Source of the DNA: an uncultured Pseudomonadota bacterium
GTDB taxonomy: Bacteria > Babelota > Babeliae > Babelales > CAIQNR01
NCBI GenBank assembly: GCA_964570505.1
Contig: CAZMYL010000001.1
Location: 143,501-207,500 of the forward strand
Direction of reading: 5' to 3'
Length of the DNA stretch: 64,000 bases
Positions 1 through 9,954 of the stretch are shown one piece after another. Positions within the stretch are counted from its first letter, which is position 1; each line of letters begins with the position of its first letter. The translations under genes were made by a program, and so were the position numbers. The notes beneath the pieces are model-generated. The model searched no databases. It was not told the DNA's origin and saw only the letters and a program-made list of their open reading frames with translations.

Positions 1-171
1 TCTAATAATAAATTAGTTGAATTGAATTCTTTATCTTTTACTAGTCAAATTGCTGGTTCTAAAGTTTTATGCTCAGATTATTTTAATGGTGTAGGCTCAA
101 ATATTTTAGTATATGTTCCCTTACATTTTTCAGATCCAGGAACAACCTATGTTGGAACCGATATAACATAA
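1..171 (+). CDS. 3' end (56 codons) of an ORF that begins upstream of the window; hypothetical protein
   Basis: Frame +1 is open from base 1 to the TAA at 169-171 (...PGTTYVGTDIT*). It is on the same strand as, and 40 nt upstream of, the next exported-protein gene. No recognisable motif. Confidence 0.4.
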   Translation, partial: SNNKLVELNSLSFTSQIAGSKVLCSDYFNGVGSNILVYVPLHFSDPGTTYVGTDIT

Positions 172-211
172 TTATAATCTTGTATATCCAAAAATTTTTA
201 AAAGGATAAAA

Positions 212-1879
212 ATGAAAAAATATAAATATCTTGTTGTGCTGTATGCTGGTTTTATGATTATGAAGCTTAGCTCAGTTACTTATTTTGATATGATTGAAGA
301 TACTATTGCTTCAAACGTTCCTGTTGCGACTTCAACAAAAGTAGTTATTAATGGGTGTCCCTTGAATGTTACTGATATAAATGGAGTAAAAAAAAGTTCT
401 ACAGTGGCTATTACCCTTTATGTTGATCCTAATAATATTGTGAAAGAAATTGTTATTCCATATAAGAATTCCTCTTTAGATGAAGGTAATTTTGGTATTA
501 TTTGTGGTAATGTTCAAAAATCTATTACTCCAATTTTGAATAATACAGGTAATAAAAATTATTGCCCAAAAGAGAAGCCTTATAGTGCGCGTTATATTAT
601 GACGTGGAAGTCTAAAAAATATAAAAGTGCAGCAGAATGTAATAATATAGATTCTGACACCATTTTGTTTTTTAGTGACAATGATGAAATGCTTTTTGCA
701 ATAAAATTTGATGGAATAAATAAGTATTTAGGATTAAATAAATCAGAAATTACATTAAATGGTTTTCCTATAAGTATTGTAGAAATGGGTAAACGATCAA
801 AAAATAAAACTGATATATCTCCATTTATTAATGCCCCAGATGCTGATGGTCGTTTTAAATATCATTATGCTGTATATGGTAGTAACAGTTTATATAAAAA
901 AGTTTTAATTAAATACGGAGCAATACAAGGTCCTTTTGCAGATAGCGGTGTTTATTATAATGTTGTTACTTTCCCAAATAATAACATATTATCTGGTAAT
1001 AATTCTTCTGTGTGCGATCAGCTTATCATTTTTAATGATCAAACAGTTTGGGCAAATTATCAAAATTTACCATCTAAAGTGAGCGATTTTAATTTACAAA
1101 GTTTTTTAAATAATCTTCTTCCTAAAAAAAGTTTGAAGCCATGTCCTTCAGAAGTTCCTTATTTTATGCTTGATCAAAGTAGTATGATAAATAAAAATAT
1201 ATTTACTTTTATTATTGGATATGAAACTGAGACAAAAATTCAAGTATATGATTTTAATAAAATGGATGGATTGGTTGCTTATTCAAAAGATTATCAAGTT
1301 TCAGGGTCTACAGGTTATTATACTATTGTTGATGCTGTAACAAAACAAGTTAAAGAAGTTAGAAAATATACAGATATTAAAAAAAATACAACCACTTTTA
1401 TTCCTCCAAAATTAACAGGAATTGGGTCTGTTCTTAAAAATTCAGATAATGCCTATATAGGTATTGTTACAAGTCTTGATGGAATGATTATGACAGATAT
1501 TATTTATGCAGATGCGGATGCTAATTTCATTAATATATGGTCGATTGATAATTCAGATAATATGACTGCCAATTTGATTAGTGGATATGATAATGGTGTT
1601 TCTGTTAATGTCAGAGTTGAGGGTAATCAAATGGTTGCTACACTCACAACAGCTTCAGGTGTAAACACTAAAGTTGGAATGATGGTAAATTCTTCTGAAA
1701 GTTCTTCTTCTAGTCAAGGCGCAATGATGGAAAATGAATCTACTCTTACAGCTGCAGTAACTAAAGGAGTTGTTCCAGAATCAGCACTTACTTTTCAGGC
1801 TTTTCAAGAGAGGGTATCTAATTACGCATTTAAAAATGCGTATATTACTCCAACTGGTGAACGTTATATTTTATTTTAA
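212..1879 (+). CDS. hypothetical exported protein, 555 aa
   Basis: Long ORF with an ATG start. The N-terminus MKKYKYLVVLYAGFMIMKLSS looks like a signal peptide. Composition is N/S/T-rich, with a Ser run near the C-terminus, and the protein ends ...GERYILF. No family recognised. Confidence 0.7.
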   Translation: MKKYKYLVVLYAGFMIMKLSSVTYFDMIEDTIASNVPVATSTKVVINGCPLNVTDINGVKKSSTVAITLYVDPNNIVKEIVIPYKNSSLDEGNFGIICGNVQKSITPILNNTGNKNYCPKEKPYSARYIMTWKSKKYKSAAECNNIDSDTILFFSDNDEMLFAIKFDGINKYLGLNKSEITLNGFPISIVEMGKRSKNKTDISPFINAPDADGRFKYHYAVYGSNSLYKKVLIKYGAIQGPFADSGVYYNVVTFPNNNILSGNNSSVCDQLIIFNDQTVWANYQNLPSKVSDFNLQSFLNNLLPKKSLKPCPSEVPYFMLDQSSMINKNIFTFIIGYETETKIQVYDFNKMDGLVAYSKDYQVSGSTGYYTIVDAVTKQVKEVRKYTDIKKNTTTFIPPKLTGIGSVLKNSDNAYIGIVTSLDGMIMTDIIYADADANFINIWSIDNSDNMTANLISGYDNGVSVNVRVEGNQMVATLTTASGVNTKVGMMVNSSESSSSSQGAMMENESTLTAAVTKGVVPESALTFQAFQERVSNYAFKNAYITPTGERYILF

Positions 1880-1914
1880 TGTATAAATTTTATTAATAAT
1901 GAGGATTAAAAGGT

Positions 1915-4900
1915 ATGAAATATTATTTAATAGTAGCTCTTTTGAGTTTATATTCTGATATTCATACCTTTACTGTTACAACTCAATCAAAAACACCAGT
2001 AAATACAACAAATCAATTATCAAATACTTCATCTTCAAATATTGTTGCTCTATCTACAACTTCTTCTGGTTTAAATTCTAATTCTCAAAATAGTTCTACA
2101 CAAAGTGCTCTTACTTTAAATTCTGGTGCTGTAAAAAATAATTCAAAAGTTGTAAAGCAGTGGAGCGTAAAATTAAATGATTCTGATATTCCTAGTTTAT
2201 ATACGAGTCCTGAATTTATAACTGTACAAAAAACTGTGTATCAACTTTCTCAATTGATGAATTCATTGATTGGAAATTTTAAATCAGTTCAACAACAAAA
2301 TAATCAAATTATATGGTCTGTAACCGCTCAATCGTCATCTGATACATTAAAAAATTCGAATCAAAATGCAATAAATTCTCAAGGATTTGATTATGTTAAA
2401 ACATATAGTACTTTTCAGTCTTATATGTCTGGGCAAAGTACCTCTTTTGTAGCTTCTTTTCAAAGTGTTTATACTATTTATCAAAATTTATTTCCCACAT
2501 TTAAAGAGTATATGCAAAGTAGTGGTAAAGAGGTAAGTGCAACATCTCAAGCTTATTTTACTAAGCTGCCATTTCAAAAAGATTCATATACAATTACATT
2601 ATTGCAATCAATAAGTTCTGCAATTATTAAATATTTGACTGCTCGAGCATCGCTTATATCTGTTCAAAATTATATTCAAAATAATGGATCATCAGATCTT
2701 TTTGGTTCATCTGGAGCATTTCAATATGGCGATATAATTATGTCAGCACTTAAAAAATTTATGGACGAAGAATATAAAAAAGTTACTTCTCTTCAAGGAT
2801 TAACAGCTGAAGAAAATGTTGAATTACAATCATATTATAATCTTATTTTTTCTGATTATATAAAACAAAAAAATACCCTTCTTATTCAAACAGTAGTTAA
2901 GCTTTTAAAATCATTATCTTATAAAAATCAAAGTAATCTTGTGAGTATCAATACTAATAATCAGCCTATTGCAACTAATGAATTGGAAATTTTTGTTAAT
3001 AATGCAGTTACCGCTGCTCAGGCTTATAATTCATTGAGCGAAGAAACAATTCAAAATAAATTTTTAGAGTACGATTCAATTGATAATGCATTAATAGAGA
3101 TTCATAGTCTTCTTGCTGATTTGTATTGTTTTAATAGCAAAATTCTTTTATTAAATATAGAAAAATCTGCTCAAGAAAGTGGTGATTTACCTTATTCAAT
3201 TAATGATAAAGATCAAATTCAGTTTCAAACAACTCTGCTTAATGCTTTTTATCTTTTTCAAAAAATGATTTATCAGGCTGCTCAACATGCTTCTTTGGCT
3301 AAAAAATCAGACTTATATACACTTTATAGTGGTCAATCGGCAATGGCAGAAAGTATTATTATTAATTGGCAAAATGGACAATCTTCATATGCAGTTCAAT
3401 CATATTCTAATGCACTATCTTATTTTAATGCTGTTTTAAGCGCTTCTCAAAAATATCAACTTACTTATTGTGTTAATTATATTATTAGCATTATTCAAAA
3501 AATTAATTTGGAGTATGAGCAAACTTTGTTTGGTTTGTATGTACAAAATCCTTCTTATATTTCAGCGCTTTCAACATATATTGATCATGCCTTATCGACT
3601 AATGTATCTACATATGAAGAAGATCAGGCTTTATGGTGTTCAATTTGGTATCCAGATGCTTCTCCTGTTGCGTCTTCCGTAAAAAATTCAAATATCTATC
3701 AAGGTTTTTATTTATTATCAACATCTGCGGTTCAAACAATTCAAAGTATTTTAGCAAGTGCTCAAACTAATCAATTAAAGCTTTCTGAAGAAAAAATTAT
3801 TGATTTGCAATATGCTGTTAAAACATTAAATTTTTTAGTAGCAGGTCTTCAGGAAATGCTTGTTCAAAGTTCTTTGTTTCCAGATAAGCAATCTGCGGAC
3901 GCTAATATGTATGTTAATTATTATACGCCAGCAGGGTATAGAAAGGTTCATACACAATATCAATCTATTATTAATGCTTTTGATGGAATTGATAAAGTTT
4001 ATCAAGAGTCTGCAACTGATACATTGAATTCTTATTGTCCTTTGCAATCTTTATTAGTAAATCAAAAAAATATTTCTAATTTTGGCATGCTTGCTCGTCT
4101 TCATTATGCACGATGGGCTTTTTGTATGGGTATGTATGCAATTAAATATGCATCAAACAAAGATTGTTTAAAAGATAAAACATGTATTGTATATCAAAAT
4201 ACAGCATATCAGTATGCATTATGCGCTCTTGTTGATGCTCAAAATATATACGCAGGTTTGGGGCAAAAAGCTATTGTTAATTATATTGAAGATCAAATTT
4301 TATCTATAAAAATGTATGCATCTGGATTGCTTAATACTGCAGACTTAGTTGTATCATCAGAAAATTCAAATATGTCAGATACCTCATGGTATGATGCATT
4401 ATATTATACACAAGTTGCTGCAGCAGTAGATTCTTCAGTATATGGTAATGAATATATTAAAAGGCTTGAAGATCTAATTAAAAAAGAAACTTCTAATATT
4501 TTTAAAAGAACGATTCCCGATATTTATAAAGCATATCTTCTTTACCAAGGGTATATTTGGGCTTTATTTATTAATGATAATCTTTTAAAAAATAGTTATG
4601 CATCGCAACTACAAAAAACTCTTGATGCATCTGTGATTGCTGTTAATGCTTTACAGAATCAGTCACAATCAAAAGATAATAGTTTGTTGAATATTGAAAA
4701 AATCAAAGAATTGCAAAAAATTCAGAATATTTTAGAAATTTTTGCTGTAAATCAGAACTATCAAAAAGGTATTTTTATCACGAGCGGAAATGATTTTATT
4801 ACTATTGCTGAAAATAAAGTGGTTGGAAGTTCTATTTTAAATAAAAAAATAACATTTTTTGGCGGTTCTACTCTCTTTTTATCCAATATAGATTATAGCT

Positions 4901-7374
4901 TAGCACAGCTTTATGTAAGTCAGGCAAATACAATCCTTCTTCAAATTCAAGATTATTTTAATGGTAAAGAGTATGATAAAATTACTGATGATTTGTTTCT
5001 TAAAATGATTGGTTATTATAACAATGCAATAGAAAATTATAGTAAATTAGGCCTTTCAAATAATGTAATTTCTACAAGTAAATTAGTAAGTCAGGCGATG
5101 GCTTTTTATTTTTATAGTTTAATAATTCCATCTGATTCTGTTACATCAGCAATTGATGCTCTTATGAAATCAAGTAGCTCAACTGCTGTTAAAAAAACAG
5201 GTTTAATTATAAAAAATATGGGATCTTTTGTTAAAGATGAAAATAAAAATTTTATGAATCAATCTTTATATATTTTACGTTATGCACAACAAGATTTACA
5301 AAATTTTAAAGAAATTGCAGATGAAAATGTTGCGAATTTTCAAAAACAAACTGACTCAAGTTTGTTAAATAATGCTTTAGAACAACAAAAATTTTATGTA
5401 AAAATGATAGAAGTTGCAAAAGGATTTGTAGGTTCGCAGGATTATAAAGGAATTCTTAAAGAGTTAGTAATTCCTTTGTATAAATCAACATTAGTAAATT
5501 CTGGATATAAACATATTTTTAAAACGATTGATAATGAAGTTCAGGATTATGCAGGACAAATAGAGATGCTGATAGATAAAGGAATATCTATTGGTGGCAC
5601 AATTTTAAAAACAAAATTTGTAGTAGATCAGCAAAAAAATACTGATGGGTCTGTTTCGCTTATATTAAAATCATATAATATTCCAACTTCTGCAGTTCCT
5701 CAATTTACAGGGGATATTATGAGTGCTTTGGTTGTTTATACGCAATATCAAAATTTTTTTCAGCAAACAGCTCAGCCTGTGCAAACAAGTAGTGGTGTTT
5801 TTTCTGCTATTCCAGATCAAAATTCATATAAAAAAGCTCAATATTTAATAAATGAAACTTATATTTCTGCAGCAAATAGTTACAATAATAAATTGTTAAA
5901 ACTTATTGATCCTTTAAAAAATATTCAAAATAAAACAGAAAAAAGATTTGATGATTATGCAGCAAGTTATTCTTTGGTGAATGATATATATCAAGAAATT
6001 TTTGCTTATTATTCTGTTCTTGATCAGGTTCAAAAAGCAACGAGTATAATTTCTTATGATGTTTCTGGACTCTATGTGAAAAAATTTCAAGCATATAGTG
6101 AAGATTTGCAATATTTCTTGATAGGTGATCCTTCTTCTCCTGACTATATTAAACGAGTTATAGAATCTGCTATGGCATATTTGTTGATATCAAATTATAC
6201 ATCAGATACTACTACGTGGAGTCAAATGCATAAAAAAGCTGGAGATCTTTATAAAAAAACAGCTGATTTAGCTTATACTTATACTATTTCTGCTCCATCT
6301 TATAATGGATATCCAAGTAAATCTGCTCATAATTTTCCAAAAAAAGGCGATTCTTTTAAGGTTCCATCATCATTAATATGTGAAAATTTTGTAGCATCTG
6401 CAGATCCATCGTCACCAATTATTTTTTATGCGTATCAAGATGCTCAAGGGTATTATCAGCAAGCTTTACAAAACTACCGCCAGTCATATGCATTGTTACG
6501 CAATAATCAATCAAAAGGAGAAATGACTGATTCATCAATTATGACTTGTTGGTCTTTGTATCTTATAGCTGGAATTAAAAATGCAATTCAGCGTATAGGA
6601 TTATTTTCCAGAAATGCTTTTGAACCAATTGGAACTTCAATATTGTGTGATTTTTCTAGTGATTTTATTAAGTTGCAATCTGAAGGTAAAAATAATGGAT
6701 TTTCATCTGCGCAACAAGGGTATTCTTCGTTAGCAGGAATGGGAAATCAGTTAACAAATAATTATGTAGGCAAACAGTATGCTATTATGAAAAAATTATT
6801 AATTGATTCATTAATTTATCTTTCTGGTGCAATTAATATTTGTAATTCGTTATCTAAATCTTTGGGAATTTCAACGGCTACAATTGTTGATAAAAAACTT
6901 GGAGCATCATATTTCTGTGCTCTCGCTCGTTATTTTCCTACATTAACTTGTATGACAGGATCGGATCTTTCAGGATTGCTGCTTTCAAAATATATATCAA
7001 ATCCAGCAGGGCTTTCGATTTCAGCAGATTTAAATATACAACAACAATATGCATTTTTATATTCAGATAGTTTTATTCAAACTCATGATTATATAATTAA
7101 TTCGTTATGTGGTAATCAAACTACAATGTCTACCAAAATGAAAATGCCAGAAAATGTTGTAGCTATGGCAAGTTACATATCGCAACTTTTTGGAATGGTG
7201 CGTACGGTCTATGCAAATGCATTTTTACCGGAATTGGTAAAGGCGGTTGATGATGCTGGTGCAACTGGCAAACCTGTAGCTTCTGCTGTTTCTGCATTAC
7301 AACAAAGTATTAATACAGATGTCACAACAGCTCAACAAAATATGTTAATAGATTCATCAGGATACGTTGGTTGA
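1915..7374 (+). CDS. giant exported protein, 1819 aa, no recognisable domain
   Basis: 5.46-kb uninterrupted ORF starting 35 nt after the previous gene. Signal-peptide-like MKYYLIVALLSLYSDIHTF is followed by an S/T/N/Q-rich ~60-residue linker and then a Q/N/S/Y/A-rich body. No catalytic or repeat motif seen. Confidence 0.8.
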   Translation: MKYYLIVALLSLYSDIHTFTVTTQSKTPVNTTNQLSNTSSSNIVALSTTSSGLNSNSQNSSTQSALTLNSGAVKNNSKVVKQWSVKLNDSDIPSLYTSPEFITVQKTVYQLSQLMNSLIGNFKSVQQQNNQIIWSVTAQSSSDTLKNSNQNAINSQGFDYVKTYSTFQSYMSGQSTSFVASFQSVYTIYQNLFPTFKEYMQSSGKEVSATSQAYFTKLPFQKDSYTITLLQSISSAIIKYLTARASLISVQNYIQNNGSSDLFGSSGAFQYGDIIMSALKKFMDEEYKKVTSLQGLTAEENVELQSYYNLIFSDYIKQKNTLLIQTVVKLLKSLSYKNQSNLVSINTNNQPIATNELEIFVNNAVTAAQAYNSLSEETIQNKFLEYDSIDNALIEIHSLLADLYCFNSKILLLNIEKSAQESGDLPYSINDKDQIQFQTTLLNAFYLFQKMIYQAAQHASLAKKSDLYTLYSGQSAMAESIIINWQNGQSSYAVQSYSNALSYFNAVLSASQKYQLTYCVNYIISIIQKINLEYEQTLFGLYVQNPSYISALSTYIDHALSTNVSTYEEDQALWCSIWYPDASPVASSVKNSNIYQGFYLLSTSAVQTIQSILASAQTNQLKLSEEKIIDLQYAVKTLNFLVAGLQEMLVQSSLFPDKQSADANMYVNYYTPAGYRKVHTQYQSIINAFDGIDKVYQESATDTLNSYCPLQSLLVNQKNISNFGMLARLHYARWAFCMGMYAIKYASNKDCLKDKTCIVYQNTAYQYALCALVDAQNIYAGLGQKAIVNYIEDQILSIKMYASGLLNTADLVVSSENSNMSDTSWYDALYYTQVAAAVDSSVYGNEYIKRLEDLIKKETSNIFKRTIPDIYKAYLLYQGYIWALFINDNLLKNSYASQLQKTLDASVIAVNALQNQSQSKDNSLLNIEKIKELQKIQNILEIFAVNQNYQKGIFITSGNDFITIAENKVVGSSILNKKITFFGGSTLFLSNIDYSLAQLYVSQANTILLQIQDYFNGKEYDKITDDLFLKMIGYYNNAIENYSKLGLSNNVISTSKLVSQAMAFYFYSLIIPSDSVTSAIDALMKSSSSTAVKKTGLIIKNMGSFVKDENKNFMNQSLYILRYAQQDLQNFKEIADENVANFQKQTDSSLLNNALEQQKFYVKMIEVAKGFVGSQDYKGILKELVIPLYKSTLVNSGYKHIFKTIDNEVQDYAGQIEMLIDKGISIGGTILKTKFVVDQQKNTDGSVSLILKSYNIPTSAVPQFTGDIMSALVVYTQYQNFFQQTAQPVQTSSGVFSAIPDQNSYKKAQYLINETYISAANSYNNKLLKLIDPLKNIQNKTEKRFDDYAASYSLVNDIYQEIFAYYSVLDQVQKATSIISYDVSGLYVKKFQAYSEDLQYFLIGDPSSPDYIKRVIESAMAYLLISNYTSDTTTWSQMHKKAGDLYKKTADLAYTYTISAPSYNGYPSKSAHNFPKKGDSFKVPSSLICENFVASADPSSPIIFYAYQDAQGYYQQALQNYRQSYALLRNNQSKGEMTDSSIMTCWSLYLIAGIKNAIQRIGLFSRNAFEPIGTSILCDFSSDFIKLQSEGKNNGFSSAQQGYSSLAGMGNQLTNNYVGKQYAIMKKLLIDSLIYLSGAINICNSLSKSLGISTATIVDKKLGASYFCALARYFPTLTCMTGSDLSGLLLSKYISNPAGLSISADLNIQQQYAFLYSDSFIQTHDYIINSLCGNQTTMSTKMKMPENVVAMASYISQLFGMVRTVYANAFLPELVKAVDDAGATGKPVASAVSALQQSINTDVTTAQQNMLIDSSGYVG

Positions 7375-7439
7375 TAAATAAAAGATTTCTTTAGTATTTT
7401 TATATAATGAGACATTTAAAGAGATCTTTTATTTATGAT

Positions 7440-8069
7440 TTAGTCTAAGCATTCTACGGCTGTGGATCTAATTGTGTGAAATTTATATGATTCTTGAAAT
7501 TTATTTAATGCAGCTTGTTTATTATATAATTTCGTTGACTTAATTTTTTGAGGTTTAATTGTCGATCTAATTTTTTCAAATTCATCGAATGCAGCTTCTT
7601 TATTATCATATGCAAGTGTTAAAATTTTATAACGTTGGCTCATTGAAAAATCTTTGAATGAATTATAATTTTCTTCAGATGCTAATATTTTATATAAACA
7701 ACAAGGATGAACGGGTAGAAGTACTACTTCTTGTTCAATTCTCAGTGAAGAGTCTTTAAGTAACTTATAAACTTTAGATGTTAATAAGTTATATACAGAA
7801 GAAGACTTATATACACAAGAAGAACGAACGGGTGAAAGCATCTCTCCAGTTGCCAGTATTATTTCATCCAACCAAGGAAAAGAAACGGATAGACGCACTA
7901 CTTGTTCTTCAAAAAAAACTTTTTTAATTTTTCTTCCAATATCAAGCAGATCTTGATCTGAAGGAAGATAAGCTTGTTTCCATAGAAAATTTGGAACACC
8001 TCTACTAGCGTTTTCTATTCCTTGACATTTTCCTTGAAATAATACTAATAATGCAATTATTTTTTTCAT
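7440..8069 (-). CDS. hypothetical exported protein, 209 aa
   Basis: ORF with N-terminus MKKIIALLVLFQGKCQG (signal-like). It is preceded by conserved upstream module copy A. No family recognised. Confidence 0.6.
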   Translation of the reverse strand: MKKIIALLVLFQGKCQGIENASRGVPNFLWKQAYLPSDQDLLDIGRKIKKVFFEEQVVRLSVSFPWLDEIILATGEMLSPVRSSCVYKSSSVYNLLTSKVYKLLKDSSLRIEQEVVLLPVHPCCLYKILASEENYNSFKDFSMSQRYKILTLAYDNKEAAFDEFEKIRSTIKPQKIKSTKLYNKQAALNKFQESYKFHTIRSTAVECLD

Positions 8070-8120
8070 AAATAATCCCCCTTGATAAATTAATTAACGA
8101 AATAATTTTCAGATATGATT

Positions 8121-8146
8121 ATATATAGGGGGGGTAAAAGTCAAAT
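8121..8146 (-). promoter_or_regulatory. conserved upstream module, copy A (TTGACT, C7 tract, TATATA/TATAAT on the coding strand)
   Basis: On the minus strand it reads ATTTGACTTTTACCCCCCCTATATATAAT, about 55-75 nt upstream of the 8069 start. The G7 run at 8128-8134 is one of only two runs of 7 or more G in the window. Related modules sit at 21147-21188 and 24478-24522. Confidence 0.4.
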
Positions 8147-8188
8147 GGGAAATTATAAAATATAATTAATAATTTAAAATAGATAAAA

Positions 8189-8227
8189 AAGAACCTTTTC
8201 TTTATTGTTATTTAGATAAAGGTTCTT
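8189..8227 (-). terminator. rho-independent-type hairpin downstream of the HPS-like gene
   Basis: AAGAACCTTT ... AAAGGTTCTT forms a 10-bp stem, and a T-run follows on the minus strand (TTTTTTATC). Confidence 0.5.
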
Positions 8228-8245
8228 AGTATTTTTAATATAATA

Positions 8246-8869
8246 TTATTTATTGCATTTATCATAAAAGAATTGAGCTTCTGCAGCAGGATCATTACTG
8301 CCAAGTATTGCTTTGCCAACAATTATGCCATCCGGTTTTAGTGCTATAATATGATCAATATTTTCACGATCTACTTTTGCAGATACAAAAATTGGAAGAT
8401 CTGTATTTCCTCTCACCATTGTCCATTTTTCTAAAAATAAAATAGTTTCATTTTTGTCATAAGGTTGGTGAAACATAATAGAATCGATACCAAGGCTTTT
8501 TGCTTCAAGGGCAGCTTGGCCTGGAGAATTAGCATCTAGAACATCGAGCATTACTTTTTTCCCCATGTCATGAGCTTTTGAACAGACAGCATGAATGACT
8601 TCTTTATTGGTTCCTGCCATGACAGTTATCCAATCGGCGCCTGCTTGAGCAAAAATGCTTGCAGCATCCCTACCTCTGTCTACAATTTTGCAATCTGCAA
8701 GTAGTATTTTATCAGGAAATTCTGCGCGAAATAATTCAACTGCTTTGGCTCCCCATTTTAAAATAGGAAGTGTTCCAATTTCTAAGATTTCTGCATATTG
8801 GGCGATGATGCGCGCTTCTTCTATATTTTGATCAAGTTCGATTTCATCAAAAGATATTTGAAGTTTCAT
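8246..8869 (-). CDS. 3-hexulose-6-phosphate synthase-like enzyme (OMP-decarboxylase/KGPDC fold)
   Basis: 207 aa. MKLQISFD...EILEIGTLPILKWG...LLADCKIVD...DGIIVGKAI follows the HPS/UlaD family pattern (LQxAxD, EIGTP, ADxK, C-terminal VGxxI). I cannot separate HPS from 3-keto-L-gulonate-6-P decarboxylase by eye. Confidence 0.65.
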   Translation of the reverse strand: MKLQISFDEIELDQNIEEARIIAQYAEILEIGTLPILKWGAKAVELFRAEFPDKILLADCKIVDRGRDAASIFAQAGADWITVMAGTNKEVIHAVCSKAHDMGKKVMLDVLDANSPGQAALEAKSLGIDSIMFHQPYDKNETILFLEKWTMVRGNTDLPIFVSAKVDRENIDHIIALKPDGIIVGKAILGSNDPAAEAQFFYDKCNK

Positions 8870-8990
8870 ACGTGGTAGTTCTCCCTAGTAAATATACAAC
8901 AATATTGTTATTTAATTGTTTACTGATTAAGAAGCTTCTAATGTTTATTCTTAAAAAAAGTACTATAAAAGGATTTTTTTGCATAGTTAT

Positions 8991-9695
8991 TTATAGATTA
9001 GGATTTTTTATAGGGTCAATTGTTTTAAAAATATAATTAATTTCAAGAGAGGCTAAGTTATTTTTTATATGACTTGTGTCATCTTTTATATAAAAAGGAG
9101 GTAAGATAGTTTGACCAGTTTCATTTGTAAGAGAAGCTCCTTCTGGTATATATACACTTTCTGGTTCGGTAAAAAGTATGATTGTTTCTAAAGGTATTTG
9201 GTTATGTTCCGGTAATTTTTCTTTGGTGATTATCCAGATATAAGTTTCTGTTTGTTTGTCATATTTTTTTTCAATTTTAAAAAATGCATAGGCGCTGTTT
9301 TTTTCAATTTCAAGATGATGAACTGTATTTCTTAACATAAAAACAGGTCGAATTTGGTTTGATACTAAAAAAAACATTTCTGGATCTATATGCATTTTAG
9401 GAAACATAACAATGCCATCTGAACGAGAATGTGTAATATAACCAAAATAAATAATAGGTATGCCAGCTAAGTTTACTGTTCTTTTTTTATATTTATTTTT
9501 TCGTAAGTGATTGGCTTGTTCACCTTTGTTTTTTGGATTTATGACCATTTCAATTTCATGATCAGATTCAATTGCTTTGATATCTTGTAAAAATGGATAT
9601 TCAAGAAGTGTTAAAACGATTGAGTGAGGTATTTTTGAATGCATAGTGATCATCGTGAGAGTTAAGAGCAAGATTGTTGTTTGTTTTTTTACCAT
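8991..9695 (-). CDS. hypothetical exported protein, 234 aa
   Basis: ORF with a hydrophobic N-terminus MVKKQTTILLLTLTMITM. No family recognised. Confidence 0.55.
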   Translation of the reverse strand: MVKKQTTILLLTLTMITMHSKIPHSIVLTLLEYPFLQDIKAIESDHEIEMVINPKNKGEQANHLRKNKYKKRTVNLAGIPIIYFGYITHSRSDGIVMFPKMHIDPEMFFLVSNQIRPVFMLRNTVHHLEIEKNSAYAFFKIEKKYDKQTETYIWIITKEKLPEHNQIPLETIILFTEPESVYIPEGASLTNETGQTILPPFYIKDDTSHIKNNLASLEINYIFKTIDPIKNPNL

Positions 9696-9954
9696 GATTT
9701 TCTGGTTTCTCCGATTTTTATTACGTTTTATTATGCTCTTAGCATAGCAATAGTTTTAAAAAAATAGGAAGTGTTTTTCTTTTTTGATAAAAAATTATTA
9801 AAAATAAAAGATAAAATAATATATTTGTAATTATATTTTATTTTTGTTTTTCTATAAAATATGTACAGTACATTTGCATGATAATAATATTTTTTCTATC
9901 TTTTCTGAGGATATACCGTGATAACCATAAATACTTTGTTTAATTACAAGGAAG

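Noticed and set aside
3470-6111. Short ORFs nested in or antisense to the 1819-aa gene (3470..3682+, 3835..4047-, 5903..6094-, 5914..6111-).
   Set aside because: They lie entirely inside a much longer uninterrupted ORF. They have low-complexity I/L/K/F/N-rich translations typical of off-frame AT-rich sequence and no SD sequences.
9861-9873. ATGTACAGTACAT near-palindrome in the divergent region upstream of the MATE gene, considered as an operator such as a LexA-type box.
   Set aside because: It is short, occurs once and does not match any consensus I can name with confidence.
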